64,000 nucleotides of DNA from an uncultured Chloroflexia bacterium (GCA_963703345.1 OY969814.1:1888001-1952000), one strand, 5' to 3'. Counted from the first letter of the stretch, positions 48,685-60,558 are shown. Notes: a model not told the origin generated them from the sequence alone. A program made the numbers and translations.

Positions 48685-49638
48685 ATGAATGAGCAAGCTA
48701 ACCGAGAAATGAAGTTCGTGGAGAACTTCATTGAGTTTGGGGCGCTGCATCGCGCACGCGTCGCGTGGGGTCTGCGCGAACAGTTCAGGCGGACTCCGAA
48801 GGAACAGGCGAACTTGCGCGCATCGCTGGCACTGGATCTAGTCCAGACGTACTTGAACACTTACGAAGACATCGCCATCTGGCTGCATGTCCTGCAGAAG
48901 TGGGCCCGACGTGAAGGCAACGTCATACAGCTCCTCGACAGAGAGCGGGCCGTCGGTCAACGACATCGCATCGGCCATCTGCAACGACTCAGCGTTGCAG
49001 ATGGTGGTCACACCGGCGAGAGCCTCGCACGCCGGCTTGGTCTTCCATACAAGGATCGGGACAACTGGGAGGCGGTGCACCCATCTAGCCGAGACCGACT
49101 GCGGCGGGACATCGATGAGTTGGCCAGGCTGTCTAACGCTCTCTTCTCAGGGGCGCAGAGTTGGACAAGGTCGGGCGACTTGGGTCTGTGGAGGGCATGG
49201 AACAAGACTAAGCACGGCATATTCGTCACTCTCAGGCGAAGCAGGACAGGGGCGGGGAACATCCTCACGATCCACGTCAACCCCGACGATCTCGGGGAAC
49301 GCTATGAGCTGCCCGTGCAGGACCGACACTTGGTGAGGCTGCTGGTGAGGACCTTCATGGGCTGCGTCTTTCTGGGGCGTGCACTGGACGTTGTATATCA
49401 GCTTCGGTTTCAGCGCGTGCCTGAAGTCAGTTGGATGGCCCACGCTGCTGCCATGAATATGACAGAGGTCAGCCGAGAAGATATCGAGGAGGTACTCAGC
49501 GCCTCACATGTTCAGCGACAGTCCTGGCTGCTCGGCCCTGGCCCTCACGATCGGCCGTATCAGCTTGAATCCACGTTCGCCCTCAAGTTGGCCTCCGGGT
49601 GGCGGATAAGTGAAACTGACACCGACAAGGCGGACTAG
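48685..49638 (+). CDS. Hypothetical protein
   Basis: Long ORF with no recognised family; contains RAWNKTKHG. Confidence 0.6.
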   Translation: MNEQANREMKFVENFIEFGALHRARVAWGLREQFRRTPKEQANLRASLALDLVQTYLNTYEDIAIWLHVLQKWARREGNVIQLLDRERAVGQRHRIGHLQRLSVADGGHTGESLARRLGLPYKDRDNWEAVHPSSRDRLRRDIDELARLSNALFSGAQSWTRSGDLGLWRAWNKTKHGIFVTLRRSRTGAGNILTIHVNPDDLGERYELPVQDRHLVRLLVRTFMGCVFLGRALDVVYQLRFQRVPEVSWMAHAAAMNMTEVSREDIEEVLSASHVQRQSWLLGPGPHDRPYQLESTFALKLASGWRISETDTDKAD

Positions 49639-49676
49639 ACTGGTCGCCGGTGTCGCCTCCCCCTGGTACTTGATCG

Positions 49677-49714
49677 CTTGACTTCCCCGCACACTAATGC
49701 ATCATGGTGTGCGG
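49677..49714 (+). repeat. Xer-like site, imperfect copy of 50598-50629
   Basis: cttgacttccccgcaca-ntaa-N6-atggt shared; here ccgcacac/gtgtgcgg form an inverted repeat. Confidence 0.65.
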
Positions 49715-49826
49715 CCCAGCCCTTTTGGCTGTCATCCGGGGGTCAATGCTCTGATGACCCGTCGCGCTAACGTTGGCACCAGGCGGCTCCGAAGGTGTCA
49801 GAGCTTAGATTCGAGGTGAGCGGGGA

Positions 49827-50519
49827 TTAACGCAGCCCTTTGGCGAAGCGCCGCAAGCGGGTAGACCCCTCCTTCATCAGGACCGGACCGTGTCCGAAGC
49901 AGACAATGTCACACTCCAGAGCGGCCAGCTTGCGGATGGATTCCCTGGCCTGGGCCTTGTCCTGGGTGAAGATGCCGGGCGGAGGGCGCAGGCCCAAGAC
50001 GTTCACGACGGCGTCCCCCACGAAGAGCACACCCCTGGAAGGCATGTGCAGGACGATCTGCCCAGGGGTGTGACCAGGGGCATGCACGACTCGAAGGCCA
50101 CCGACCCCAAGCTCGTCACCATCCTGAAGTTCCCGGCCCACTCGTGACGGTTTCGGCGGTCGGGCCAAGCGGCCGAGGAGAGGACCGAGAAGGCCACTCA
50201 AGAGTCGTGGTGCCCTCGGCGAGGGCATCGGCTGCTCGCCCCGCACCACCGGGGCATCCAATGCGTGCGCACATACTTGAGCGCCCGTAGCCTCGGCCAG
50301 TTCAGCCAGACTGCCGGTGTGATCCCCATGATAGTGAGTCACGACGATTTCTTTGAGGTCCTCGGGCTTGTGACCGATGGCGGCGATGGTCCGGAGTACC
50401 TTCTTTGTGGTACCAGCCATACCCGTGTCGACGAGAGTCAGCTGGTCTTCTCCCTCGACGAGGTAGACCCCACACCCCCTTACTCCCTCTACCCTGTAAA
50501 CGCCCTCGACAATCTTCAT
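49827..50519 (-). CDS. MBL-fold metallo-hydrolase
   Basis: VDTG, THYHGDHTG, PGHTPG, FGHG. Confidence 0.92.
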   Translation of the reverse strand: MKIVEGVYRVEGVRGCGVYLVEGEDQLTLVDTGMAGTTKKVLRTIAAIGHKPEDLKEIVVTHYHGDHTGSLAELAEATGAQVCAHALDAPVVRGEQPMPSPRAPRLLSGLLGPLLGRLARPPKPSRVGRELQDGDELGVGGLRVVHAPGHTPGQIVLHMPSRGVLFVGDAVVNVLGLRPPPGIFTQDKAQARESIRKLAALECDIVCFGHGPVLMKEGSTRLRRFAKGLR

Positions 50520-50661
50520 GAGTACCCCCTCCTCGATGTTGTCATCGCCGCTGGCGGCTGGATTATACGACAACGTTCTTCGCCTTCGCAGCGTCCCCTT
50601 GACTTCCCCGCACAATAAGCGAATATGGTCGTGATTCTACGTTTGCGAAGGAGAAACGGCC

Positions 50662-51594
50662 ATGACAGCAACGATCATCCCTGTTGGCGAGGAGGCGGCA
50701 GGCTGGGAACGTGCCCTGTACGCATTTCTTGCCGAAAAGGAGAGACGGAGCGGCTCAAGACGCACAGTCGAGGGCTACTCCCGAACCCTCCAGCACTTCT
50801 TCGGCGTCGTGGGCAAATCGCCCGACAGAATCACGAGCCAGGAGGTGTTCACCTGGGCTTACGGCACGGGATTGTCAGGTAAGGAGCCGTCCGCGATAAC
50901 GATCGGATCACGGCTCGCCTGCCTCAGTTCGTTCTACCGCTTCCTCATCCGTATGGAGATCGTCTCCGCCAACCCCTGCGACCAGATCGAGCGGCCGAAG
51001 TCCTCGCCCAGCCCGCCGCGGGGGATCAGCGCCGAGGGAATCAGGAGGCTGATGTCGGTCATCCCCAACACGCCGGCCGGGCTGCGGGACAAAGCAATCG
51101 TCCTCACGCTTGTCTTGACGGGTCGGCGCCGGGCCGAGGTCTTCAACCTGAAGGTCGGGAGCATTATCCGGACGGATGGCCTCTTCTATACCTACCGAGG
51201 CAAGGGTGGCAAGCAAGGAAAGCGGGAGCTGCCGATGCCGGCGTTCGACGCCATCCGCGTGGCGCTGGCTGCTTTCGGCAAGGACCTCGATTGCATGCAG
51301 CCGGAGGAGTCGCTCTGGCCATCGCCTGGTCGCAATGGTAGTGGCATCACCAGTGGAACCTTCTACGGCAACCTGCAGCATTACCTGCGCAAGGCGGGGC
51401 TGCCGCCCGCCGGCGTCCACATCTTCCGCCACTCAGCTACCAAGCTGCGGCGAGACGTCGGGGAGTCGGTGGAGGACGTGAGCTCCTTCCTCGACCACAG
51501 CAGTTTGGCGGTGACGACCGTCTATTTGAGACGCTTGGAGGGACAGGAGGATCGGAGTTGGGGGAAGGTGGCGGAGGCGATTGGCATTTGTTGA
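50662..51594 (+). CDS. Tyrosine recombinase (XerC/D-like)
   Basis: TGRRRAE, GKGGK, HIFRH, LDHSSLAVTTVY catalytic residues. Confidence 0.93.
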   Translation: MTATIIPVGEEAAGWERALYAFLAEKERRSGSRRTVEGYSRTLQHFFGVVGKSPDRITSQEVFTWAYGTGLSGKEPSAITIGSRLACLSSFYRFLIRMEIVSANPCDQIERPKSSPSPPRGISAEGIRRLMSVIPNTPAGLRDKAIVLTLVLTGRRRAEVFNLKVGSIIRTDGLFYTYRGKGGKQGKRELPMPAFDAIRVALAAFGKDLDCMQPEESLWPSPGRNGSGITSGTFYGNLQHYLRKAGLPPAGVHIFRHSATKLRRDVGESVEDVSSFLDHSSLAVTTVYLRRLEGQEDRSWGKVAEAIGIC

Positions 51595-51615
51595 ATGCCC
51601 CGCATGAGACTGCGG

Positions 51616-52515
51616 CTATTCGTCCTTTGACGCCATCGCTGTGTGTGCCTTCCGGCTATCTCGCCGTCTCCGCCGGGCACGTTCTCGATTGCAGTCCGGC
51701 GAGCCACAGTAGGTGCGACCCTGAATGGCTCGGCCGCCACAAGAACACTCCCTGATATCACCCGCGAGTTCAAGCAGATAAGCAGGCCAGCCCAGGTACA
51801 TTGCGATCGGGCGGGGTTCCTTCCACATTCCGCTGTAGCGGTTTGGGTCATCACAGTCGCGCAATCCCCTCAATTCCCACCACCACCGTCCGTATTTGCA
51901 GATGACTCTCCTGACTCGCCGCCTAACCCAAGCTCTTGGGGGCGGCTTTGTGACCAACAATCCGTCAACATGTTCCCAGGGCGTTAGATGGGCATCCCAA
52001 GGCGCTTCAAACTCAGGCGCGAGCGGAAGGGTACGTTCGTCGTCTGGTCGAGCCGAATCTCGCAATGGGTCGATCAGGGGAGTATTCACATCAAGGCGCC
52101 CGCCAACGACTCCTTCGTCAGACACGTGCTCGATTCCCGCGTGTGCTCCCCAGCCAGGGGGTCGCAGGTAAAGCAGACAATCTGCCCGCACGAATGCCGC
52201 AACAACGTCTCGGGTTACCCGGCCTTCCCACTCCGGCGGCAGCAATTGCCCAGGAGCCTCTCCACTCGAGAGTATTGGCGTGAAGTAGAAACCAAAGCCC
52301 TTCTCTGACGCCTGCAAGACCATCTTGACGCCCTCCAACCCGACGAACAAGGAACCCTTCTCGAGACCGGCGGCAACACGCTCGAAGTCGTCGAACACGT
52401 CAGGCAGGTCGCTAGGCTGTTCTGGGATATCGGCAGGAGAAAGGACAAGCGCGTCTTCGGATGTCACAGATTTCGTCACAGTCACACCGGCGGCCATCGC
52501 TTCCCTATTGTTCAA
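51616..52515 (-). CDS. Hypothetical protein with C-terminal Zn-ribbon/basic tail
   Basis: CSCGG...YCGSPDCNRERARRRRR. Confidence 0.55.
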   Translation of the reverse strand: MNNREAMAAGVTVTKSVTSEDALVLSPADIPEQPSDLPDVFDDFERVAAGLEKGSLFVGLEGVKMVLQASEKGFGFYFTPILSSGEAPGQLLPPEWEGRVTRDVVAAFVRADCLLYLRPPGWGAHAGIEHVSDEGVVGGRLDVNTPLIDPLRDSARPDDERTLPLAPEFEAPWDAHLTPWEHVDGLLVTKPPPRAWVRRRVRRVICKYGRWWWELRGLRDCDDPNRYSGMWKEPRPIAMYLGWPAYLLELAGDIRECSCGGRAIQGRTYCGSPDCNRERARRRRRDSRKAHTAMASKDE

Positions 52516-52629
52516 CGTGGCGGCCTACTTCCGCAACAGTACGTTTTCGTGGAAGAGGCACCTGCGCTGGCAGCGGGTCTACATTCAGCCCGCCCTGGCG
52601 GAGCTCGTGGAGGCGAGTTAGAGAGAGAA

Positions 52630-52791
52630 GTGGACAACAAGTGCCAGCTGGTCGATGAGCTGATTCAGGCGGTTACCAGGAAGCTGGAGGCAAACCGGCC
52701 GCTGCTGGAGCGCTCCCTGCATTTTGGGCGGCTGACCTGGCGCGTGACGAAGAAAGGCGATATCACAGTGAACCTGGAGCTGAAGTTCTAG
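52630..52791 (+). CDS. Small hypothetical protein
   Basis: GTG start after a purine-rich tract; coding-like bias. Confidence 0.5.
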   Translation: MDNKCQLVDELIQAVTRKLEANRPLLERSLHFGRLTWRVTKKGDITVNLELKF

Positions 52792-52988
52792 GGCAAGAGC
52801 AGAGAACCAGAATAGGTCGCTCGGGGGCGGTCTTTTTCGTATGAATCGAACTGTTGACTCTCCGGCGAAGGTTACGCATATATACGACCGCCGGCGTCGG
52901 AAGGTCGGCGACAACGCACGACGCGATCGGCTGACGGAACTGCTGGTGCGGTCCTGGCGCAGGCAGTTGACCGAAGGAATAGCAGAGC

Positions 52989-54499
<1,511 letters not shown>

Positions 54500-54571
54500 C
54501 CGCAGCCATCTTACCGCCTGCCTTGCCGGCCTGACAAGGCCTTCCAGCCAGCGGCGCCGGACAGAGTCGCC

Positions 54572-55282
54572 CTAATGGCACTGCCGGTTGAAGGCACGGC
54601 GCGGCGGGTCCGCCAGCTCCCTGCTGATCGCCTGTTCATAGATCTGCGCGATCACGGCGTGGCCGGCGTTGTTGGGATGGATGTTGTCGCCGAAGCCGGT
54701 GCCGAGGAAGGTCTTGTCCTGAGGCGTCGAAATAAGACTTAGCTGCAGCTTCGTGGCGGTCCAGAGGTCGGCAACGGCGACGTCTCGCTTAGCCGCCTCT
54801 TCCGCGATTATCTGGCTAAACACGCCGGCGCGCTGGTAGTCAATCGAATCGGCCGGCCAACCGATCCACGGCACGGAGCCCGCCACAACGATGGTGTCGC
54901 CGCCGGTCACGCAGTCGAGCAGCGAGCCGTACATCTGGCGGAACTGGTCCGCCGTGATCTGCTGGTCGATCGTCGCATGCACGCCGATTTCGATTATGAC
55001 GAAGCGCCGGTCGTGCTTCATCGCCTGTCTCGCGGCAATGATGTCGGTCGTCGGGTCGAACGACAGGAACAGGCGTCCCTGCTCTTCCACGCCCTGCCGG
55101 TCAAGCTCCTCCGCGACGAGCGAGGGGAACGCTTCCGCCGGCGTCGTGGCGGCGGCGCCCAGCGTGAGGCTGTCGCCGATGAAGGCGATGCCGGCGCCGT
55201 CGAAAGGGATGTCCTTCGGCGTGAGGACGAGCGCCATCGCGAGGACGGCGGGCAGCAGGTAGAGAGGGCGGAGTCGACGCAC
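54572..55282 (-). CDS. SGNH/GDSL hydrolase
   Basis: FIGDSLT and DNIHPNNAGH. Confidence 0.88.
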   Translation of the reverse strand: MRRLRPLYLLPAVLAMALVLTPKDIPFDGAGIAFIGDSLTLGAAATTPAEAFPSLVAEELDRQGVEEQGRLFLSFDPTTDIIAARQAMKHDRRFVIIEIGVHATIDQQITADQFRQMYGSLLDCVTGGDTIVVAGSVPWIGWPADSIDYQRAGVFSQIIAEEAAKRDVAVADLWTATKLQLSLISTPQDKTFLGTGFGDNIHPNNAGHAVIAQIYEQAISRELADPPRRAFNRQCH

Positions 55283-55421
55283 GGTGAGTCCTTCGGCGTC
55301 CGGTCGAGCCTGTTCCTATCTGAAGCTTATCACAACGACCGCTGGCCCCAATCGGCGAAGGTCCACATTGTGGCACAGGCGACCCTCGGAGTGTAGAATC
55401 AGCGGCGAAGGAGAGCTCAGG

Positions 55422-56039
55422 ATGGACTCGACTGCAATCGTGCGCCTCGAATCGGGACAGGTCGAAAAGGCCGGGAAGATGCTCGGCCGCGCCTTCTTCG
55501 ACAACCCGATGTCGCTCTTCCTCCTGCCCGACGCAGAGACACGCAGCCGTCCGCTGACCTGGATGTTCGATCGGACGACTCGCTACGGCCTGCTCTTCGG
55601 CGAGGCCTACACCACCATCGACAGCGTGGACGGCGCCGCAATCTGGCTGTCCCCGGAGAGCCCCGCGATGACCCGCGAGACCCTCACCGCCGCCGGAATG
55701 ATGGACATGCCGCAGCAGATGGGCTCCGAGCCGTTCCAGCGGCTGATGCTGATGAAGCGCCACTTCGACGAGCTGCGTCAGCGCGACGCTCCGGAGCGGC
55801 ACTGGTACCTGTGGACGCTCGGCGTGGACCCGCCGCGACAGGGCCAGGGCGTCGGCAGCGCGCTGCTGCGTCCCGTGCTGGCGCGGGCCGACGATGAGCA
55901 CCTAGCGTGCTACCTGGAGGCGGACAAAGCGAAGAACGTTCCGTTCTACCAGCGTCACGGCTTCGAAGTGGTGGAGGAGGACGATCTGCCGGGCGGCGGC
56001 CTCCACTACTGGACGATGAAGCGGCGTCCTCAACCCTAG
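55422..56039 (+). CDS. GNAT family N-acetyltransferase
   Basis: HWYLWTLGVDP.RQGQGVGSALL and NVPFYQRHGF. Confidence 0.9.
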   Translation: MDSTAIVRLESGQVEKAGKMLGRAFFDNPMSLFLLPDAETRSRPLTWMFDRTTRYGLLFGEAYTTIDSVDGAAIWLSPESPAMTRETLTAAGMMDMPQQMGSEPFQRLMLMKRHFDELRQRDAPERHWYLWTLGVDPPRQGQGVGSALLRPVLARADDEHLACYLEADKAKNVPFYQRHGFEVVEEDDLPGGGLHYWTMKRRPQP

Positions 56040-56066
56040 CCACCGCGGGGCGAGTCTCACCCGCAC

Positions 56067-56168
56067 CATCGCCGCCAACTTCTCGTACTCCACGCGCGGC
56101 ACCTCGACGAATATGTCGATGCGGTCCAGCAGCGGCCCCGATATGCGCTTCTGGTAGCGGCTGACGGT
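56067..56168 (-). repeat. 102-bp duplicated internal fragment of comM (58897-58998)
   Basis: Encodes TVSRYQKRISGPLLDRIDIFVEVPRVEYEKLAAM; 2 mismatches to comM. Confidence 0.9.
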
Positions 56169-56335
56169 TCCCACGTGGACAGTTTTGCGCGTTCCCGTTC
56201 TAGTCTAGCAGCTAGGCGTGTGCCCAATTGAGATGCCCCCCTTCTTTGGCCCAGTGTTCTCAGCGAGAGAATAGAGAATACTGGACCTGGACTCGTTTTC
56301 GGCGGCAGGCCAATCATGCCGCCACCACGCCGAAG

Positions 56336-58522
56336 TTACACCACATGCGAGGACTCTCTTCCTCGGCGGTGCAAACGTGAGGCGAACCGCGATAGCAGCA
56401 GTAGCGCCCCGCCTAGTATCGTGCCGATTGTAACGGCAGCTCCGTAGCGAAAGCTGCGAGGATCGAATACGAATCTGTAGGTGTGTTCACCGGTCAACGC
56501 CTGCGTGGACAGGAAGCCCCCATAGTTCTCCGGCGCTCCTGCGCGTTTCCCGTCAATCTCGAGACGCCACCCAGGGTGGAAGCTCTCCAGAACAAGCAGG
56601 CGGTCATCGCTTGCAGGTGGATTCGCCTTCACTTCGATCACGTTCGCGGAGACCACGCGCGCCCCAGCCTCATGAGTCTTCTCATGCCAGAGATACGACG
56701 CATCCGTGGGCGGGTCTGCAGAACGCACTGTGGAGGCATAGTACGGGCTTTGAGGCAGTTCATAGATAGACCGTCCTTCTACAGTCCCGATGAGTTCAGC
56801 ACTGGGGAAGTTGCCTTTCAAATCTCCGATTACGTACTTGGGCGTTACGGTTATCGATCGAGGAACCGAAGGCGAGGTGGGATTCGGCGCATAGTATGCA
56901 TATTCCCAGTTGGCGTCCAAGCGTTTAATGCCCAGCTCATAGAACTCGGTCGGCACGGCCTGACCCAAGTCGGTGACGAAGACGTAGAAGACGGAAGGAT
57001 CGCGTTCACGAAGCCACTGGGCGGCGGAAGTGCGATCGCAGAAGCGGGTGCCCCCGTGCAAGATCGAACGGTTTGCGTCGAACACGTCGCGCAGACCGTA
57101 GAACGAGACAGCAATGAGCGCCGCCGCCAGGATGGGACCGAGCGCGATGTGCAGAGCTGTCCCCGCCGGCTGAAGAGCGAACGAGAGGCGCCAGCGATGC
57201 TGAGCGGCGAGCCAGTCTCTCAGGTACTGCAGTCCGAATGCGGCGAGGAGGATTAGAAACGGCGTTGCGAAGGCCAGGGTCCGCGTTGGAACACGGATGC
57301 GGTAGAGGAAGGAAGCATCGTCGTAGATCCATTGGAAGAAGGTGTGGGGAGCCGCTGCCCAGGCGAGGTAGAGGCCGAAGAGCGCAGCAGCCCAAGCAAT
57401 TGCGAAGCGCTGGGAAGGCCGTTGCAGCGCGGCCACCACCAGCGCCAACCCAACGAGCGGCACAACGCCGACATAGTAGTAGTACTCCCACCAGCCCCAC
57501 GTTCGTCCCAGGAGCTGCGCACCCAGATAGTTGGTATTGGGAATAAAGAAGTTCTCGGCAGAGGCCAAGACCGTTTGCGCACCGCTCAGGTCGAAGCGGG
57601 GCCCCCTGAAATAGCCTCGGCTCTCCAGTTGCGGCAGCAACCGGATGGCCGAGAAGCCAACGGTCCAGCCGAACACGGCTAGTCCGCGACTGAGGACAGC
57701 CGCGCCGCGTTCCGGACTCCAGCGTCCGTTGGTCCACCCTTCGGCAGCAAGAAGCACAAGAAAGGTGAGGAATAGGCCCGGGACGGCATAGATGGTGTAG
57801 TAGTATTGGCCGGATAGGAAGAGCAGGGCGCCCGCCAGCCCCGCAAGCATTGGATAGACTACGCCGGGCCTGCGCAGCGCCTGGAAGCCGAGTGCGAACA
57901 CCAACGGCACGTACGGGAGCCCGGTGACGAGGTTGAAATGCCCTGCGTACACCCTCCCGGCAAGCGCGCCGCTCATCGCCATCAGCAGCCCGCACCACAC
58001 CCGCCAGGGCCGCGAGAGACCTACTACGGCGGCAAGGTAGTACATTGCCAGGCCGGCAGCCACCATGCTCAGCACGGCCGCCACCTTCGACCCGTTGAGC
58101 ACGCCCCAGATGAGAGACGGTACGGAGGAAATAGGATTCAGCAGGTGCGTCTTCGGTTCCGCAACATATGGGACGCCCGTGCGAAAGTAGGGATCCCACA
58201 ATGGGTACTCTACATGGTCCAAGATGGACTGCCTGTCCAGCTGCATTGAAGACGTGGAGGCCTCCCAATCGGGGTGGCCCGACGGTATGTGGGACTCATC
58301 GAAGTTGAGGACGGGGCGGGCGAAGAGGATGGCCACCCCGACGATAACGGCAAGGTCCAGCAACACGCCAAAGCGAACCGCAGTCTTAAGAGCGGCTTGC
58401 CAAGGCTGGCGGCCGACGATGCCACCGGGCTCAGCCGTGAAACGCCGCCGCCGCACCGGTTTAGGAGCGCCAGCACGCTGCGGTTCGGCCGGGTCTTCTT
58501 CGCAAAGGGAGTCCATTGTCAC
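56336..58522 (-). CDS. YfhO-like multi-TM membrane protein (GT-C-like)
   Basis: YPLWDPY..TGVP, many TM helices, C-terminal ESFHPGWRLEIDG...F.P.SFRYG. Confidence 0.75.
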   Translation of the reverse strand: MTMDSLCEEDPAEPQRAGAPKPVRRRRFTAEPGGIVGRQPWQAALKTAVRFGVLLDLAVIVGVAILFARPVLNFDESHIPSGHPDWEASTSSMQLDRQSILDHVEYPLWDPYFRTGVPYVAEPKTHLLNPISSVPSLIWGVLNGSKVAAVLSMVAAGLAMYYLAAVVGLSRPWRVWCGLLMAMSGALAGRVYAGHFNLVTGLPYVPLVFALGFQALRRPGVVYPMLAGLAGALLFLSGQYYYTIYAVPGLFLTFLVLLAAEGWTNGRWSPERGAAVLSRGLAVFGWTVGFSAIRLLPQLESRGYFRGPRFDLSGAQTVLASAENFFIPNTNYLGAQLLGRTWGWWEYYYYVGVVPLVGLALVVAALQRPSQRFAIAWAAALFGLYLAWAAAPHTFFQWIYDDASFLYRIRVPTRTLAFATPFLILLAAFGLQYLRDWLAAQHRWRLSFALQPAGTALHIALGPILAAALIAVSFYGLRDVFDANRSILHGGTRFCDRTSAAQWLRERDPSVFYVFVTDLGQAVPTEFYELGIKRLDANWEYAYYAPNPTSPSVPRSITVTPKYVIGDLKGNFPSAELIGTVEGRSIYELPQSPYYASTVRSADPPTDASYLWHEKTHEAGARVVSANVIEVKANPPASDDRLLVLESFHPGWRLEIDGKRAGAPENYGGFLSTQALTGEHTYRFVFDPRSFRYGAAVTIGTILGGALLLLSRFASRLHRRGRESSHVV

Positions 58523-58578
58523 GCCGTTCCCTCGTAGGCCTTCCTAGGCGACATCATATTCCGTGGGCCCACGTGGCT

Positions 58579-60105
58579 TCACGCGCCGCGGTGACGGTAC
58601 TGCACCGCCTCCGCCAGGTGCGACGGCCCGATCTCGTCGCTTCCCGCCAGGTCCGCTATCGTCCGCGCCAGCTTCAGCACCCGGTGGAACGCCCGCGCCG
58701 ATAAGCCTAGCTGGTTCATCGCCAGTCGCAGGAGGCCCTTCGCCGGCTCCAAAAGCTGCGCCTGGCAGTACTCCCGCACCTCCGTCGGCGTCATCTCCGC
58801 GTTACACGTGAGGCGCGTCCCGTTGAAGCGCGCCGTCTGACGCCGTCGCACTGCCTCGACGCGGCCGCGCACCTTCGCTGATAGCTCGCCCGGCGACATC
58901 GCCGCCAGCTTCTCGTACTCCACGCGCGGCACCTCGACGAAAATGTCGATGCGGTCCAGCAGCGGCCCCGATATGCGCTTCTGGTAGCGGCTGACGGTCG
59001 ACTCCGAGCAGGTGCACTCCTTCGTCGGGTCGCCGTAGAAGCCGCAGGGACACGGATTCATAGCGGCGACGAGCATGAAGTTGCTGGGGAAGGTCGTCGT
59101 GCCGTGGGCGCGGCTGATGGTCACCATGCGGTCCTCCATCGGCTGACGCAGCACTTCGAGGACCGCCTGTCCGAACTCCGGCAGCTCGTCGAGAAAGAGC
59201 ACGCCGCGATGGCTCAGCGTTATCTCGCCCGGGCGCACCTGCCGTCCGCCGCCGACGAGCCCCGCGTGCGACACGGTGTGGTGCGGCGAGCGGAAGGGCC
59301 GTCGCCTGATCAGCGGCGTGTCCGCCGGCAGTAGCCCGCCGACGCTGTAGATCTTCGTCACCTCCAGCGCCTCTACCGGGCTCATCGGCGGCAGAATCGA
59401 CGGCATGGCGCGGGCGAGGAGCGTCTTGCCGCTTCCCGGCGGGCCCGTCATCAGCAGGTTGTGGCCGCCGGCCGCAGCGACCTCCAGAGCGCGCTTGACG
59501 TGCTCCTGTCCCTTGATGTCGGCGAAGTCCGCGCCGTCCCAGACCGGCTCCTCGGGCGCGAGCTCGGTTGGCCCGGCGACGAACGGCTCGATAGGCTCGA
59601 TGCCGGCCAGATGCGCCGCAAGCTGCGCCAGCGACTTCACCGGCAGCACGGTCACGCCTTCGATGAGCGCCGCTTCGGCGGCGTCGGCCTCCGGCACGTA
59701 GACGGTCTCGATGCCGCGTTCCTTCGCCAGCGCGACCATCGAAAGGATGCCGTGGGCGTGGCGCACCTGCCCGTCCAGCGCCAGCTCGCCGAGGAAGAGC
59801 GCGCTCGAAAGGTCGGCGACGACCTGCTGCGACGCCAGGAGGATGCCGACGGCTATCGGCAGGTCGTAGGCAGGGCCTTCCTTGCGAACGTCGGCGGGCG
59901 CCAGGTTGACGGTGATGCGTCTCGACGGGAACTGGTGGCCGGAGTTGCGCACCGCCGAGCGCACGCGCTCCTTCGCCTCCTGGACGGCGGTGTCGGGCAG
60001 CCCGACGATGTAGAACGCGGACAGTCCGGAGGCAATGTCGACCTCGACCTCGACGACGGTGCCTTCGAGGCCGACGACTGCGCAAGAAAGTACTTTGGCG
60101 AGCAT
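58579..60105 (-). CDS. comM: YifB/ComM Mg-chelatase-like ATPase
   Basis: VGLPD.AV.E, NLAPAD.RKEG, GPPGSGKT, LFLDELPEF, AMNPCPCG. Confidence 0.95.
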   Translation of the reverse strand: MLAKVLSCAVVGLEGTVVEVEVDIASGLSAFYIVGLPDTAVQEAKERVRSAVRNSGHQFPSRRITVNLAPADVRKEGPAYDLPIAVGILLASQQVVADLSSALFLGELALDGQVRHAHGILSMVALAKERGIETVYVPEADAAEAALIEGVTVLPVKSLAQLAAHLAGIEPIEPFVAGPTELAPEEPVWDGADFADIKGQEHVKRALEVAAAGGHNLLMTGPPGSGKTLLARAMPSILPPMSPVEALEVTKIYSVGGLLPADTPLIRRRPFRSPHHTVSHAGLVGGGRQVRPGEITLSHRGVLFLDELPEFGQAVLEVLRQPMEDRMVTISRAHGTTTFPSNFMLVAAMNPCPCGFYGDPTKECTCSESTVSRYQKRISGPLLDRIDIFVEVPRVEYEKLAAMSPGELSAKVRGRVEAVRRRQTARFNGTRLTCNAEMTPTEVREYCQAQLLEPAKGLLRLAMNQLGLSARAFHRVLKLARTIADLAGSDEIGPSHLAEAVQYRHRGA

Positions 60106-60342
60106 TCGCCCCTTTATCGCACATTCATGCTGCGTGAGACAAGAGGCACGGCAAGGATTCTACGGGCCAGGCCATGTCTTCCGGGCTTGACCGACTCGCC
60201 TGCGCAGCGTTTAATGCGGCTGAGCAAGGGTGAGCGACGAGTGACGAAGACCGTGTGCCCGTTGCCGCGCTCCTTTGACAACGCCCCGCCGGGCCAACCA
60301 CCCTTCGAGCATCGTCGATAGAGCAAGAACCAGAGGGAACCC

Positions 60343-60558
60343 ATGGCTTTCGAGAAAGACATACTCAAGAGGTTCGCTTTTGTCTGGTTCGCATTGGCGC
60401 TCTTGCTCTTACCAGCTCTCACCATCTACTTCGTTGTCATAGGAGGAGGCAGCTTCGGGCCTGTCCTTGCGGCTTGGGCGGTATTCACGGCCTGTGGGCC
60501 GATCGGTAGTGTGAGTGTACTCCTCTTGCGCCGATGGGCCGAACGCCATCAGCCTTAG
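60343..60558 (+). CDS. Small membrane protein
   Basis: Two hydrophobic helices; RBS-like GAGGG. Confidence 0.5.
   Translation: MAFEKDILKRFAFVWFALALLLLPALTIYFVVIGGGSFGPVLAAWAVFTACGPIGSVSVLLLRRWAERHQP

Noticed and set aside
52792-52840. Terminator or antitermination RNA after the small ORF
   Set aside because: The stem is mostly G-U pairs; insufficient support without covariation data.
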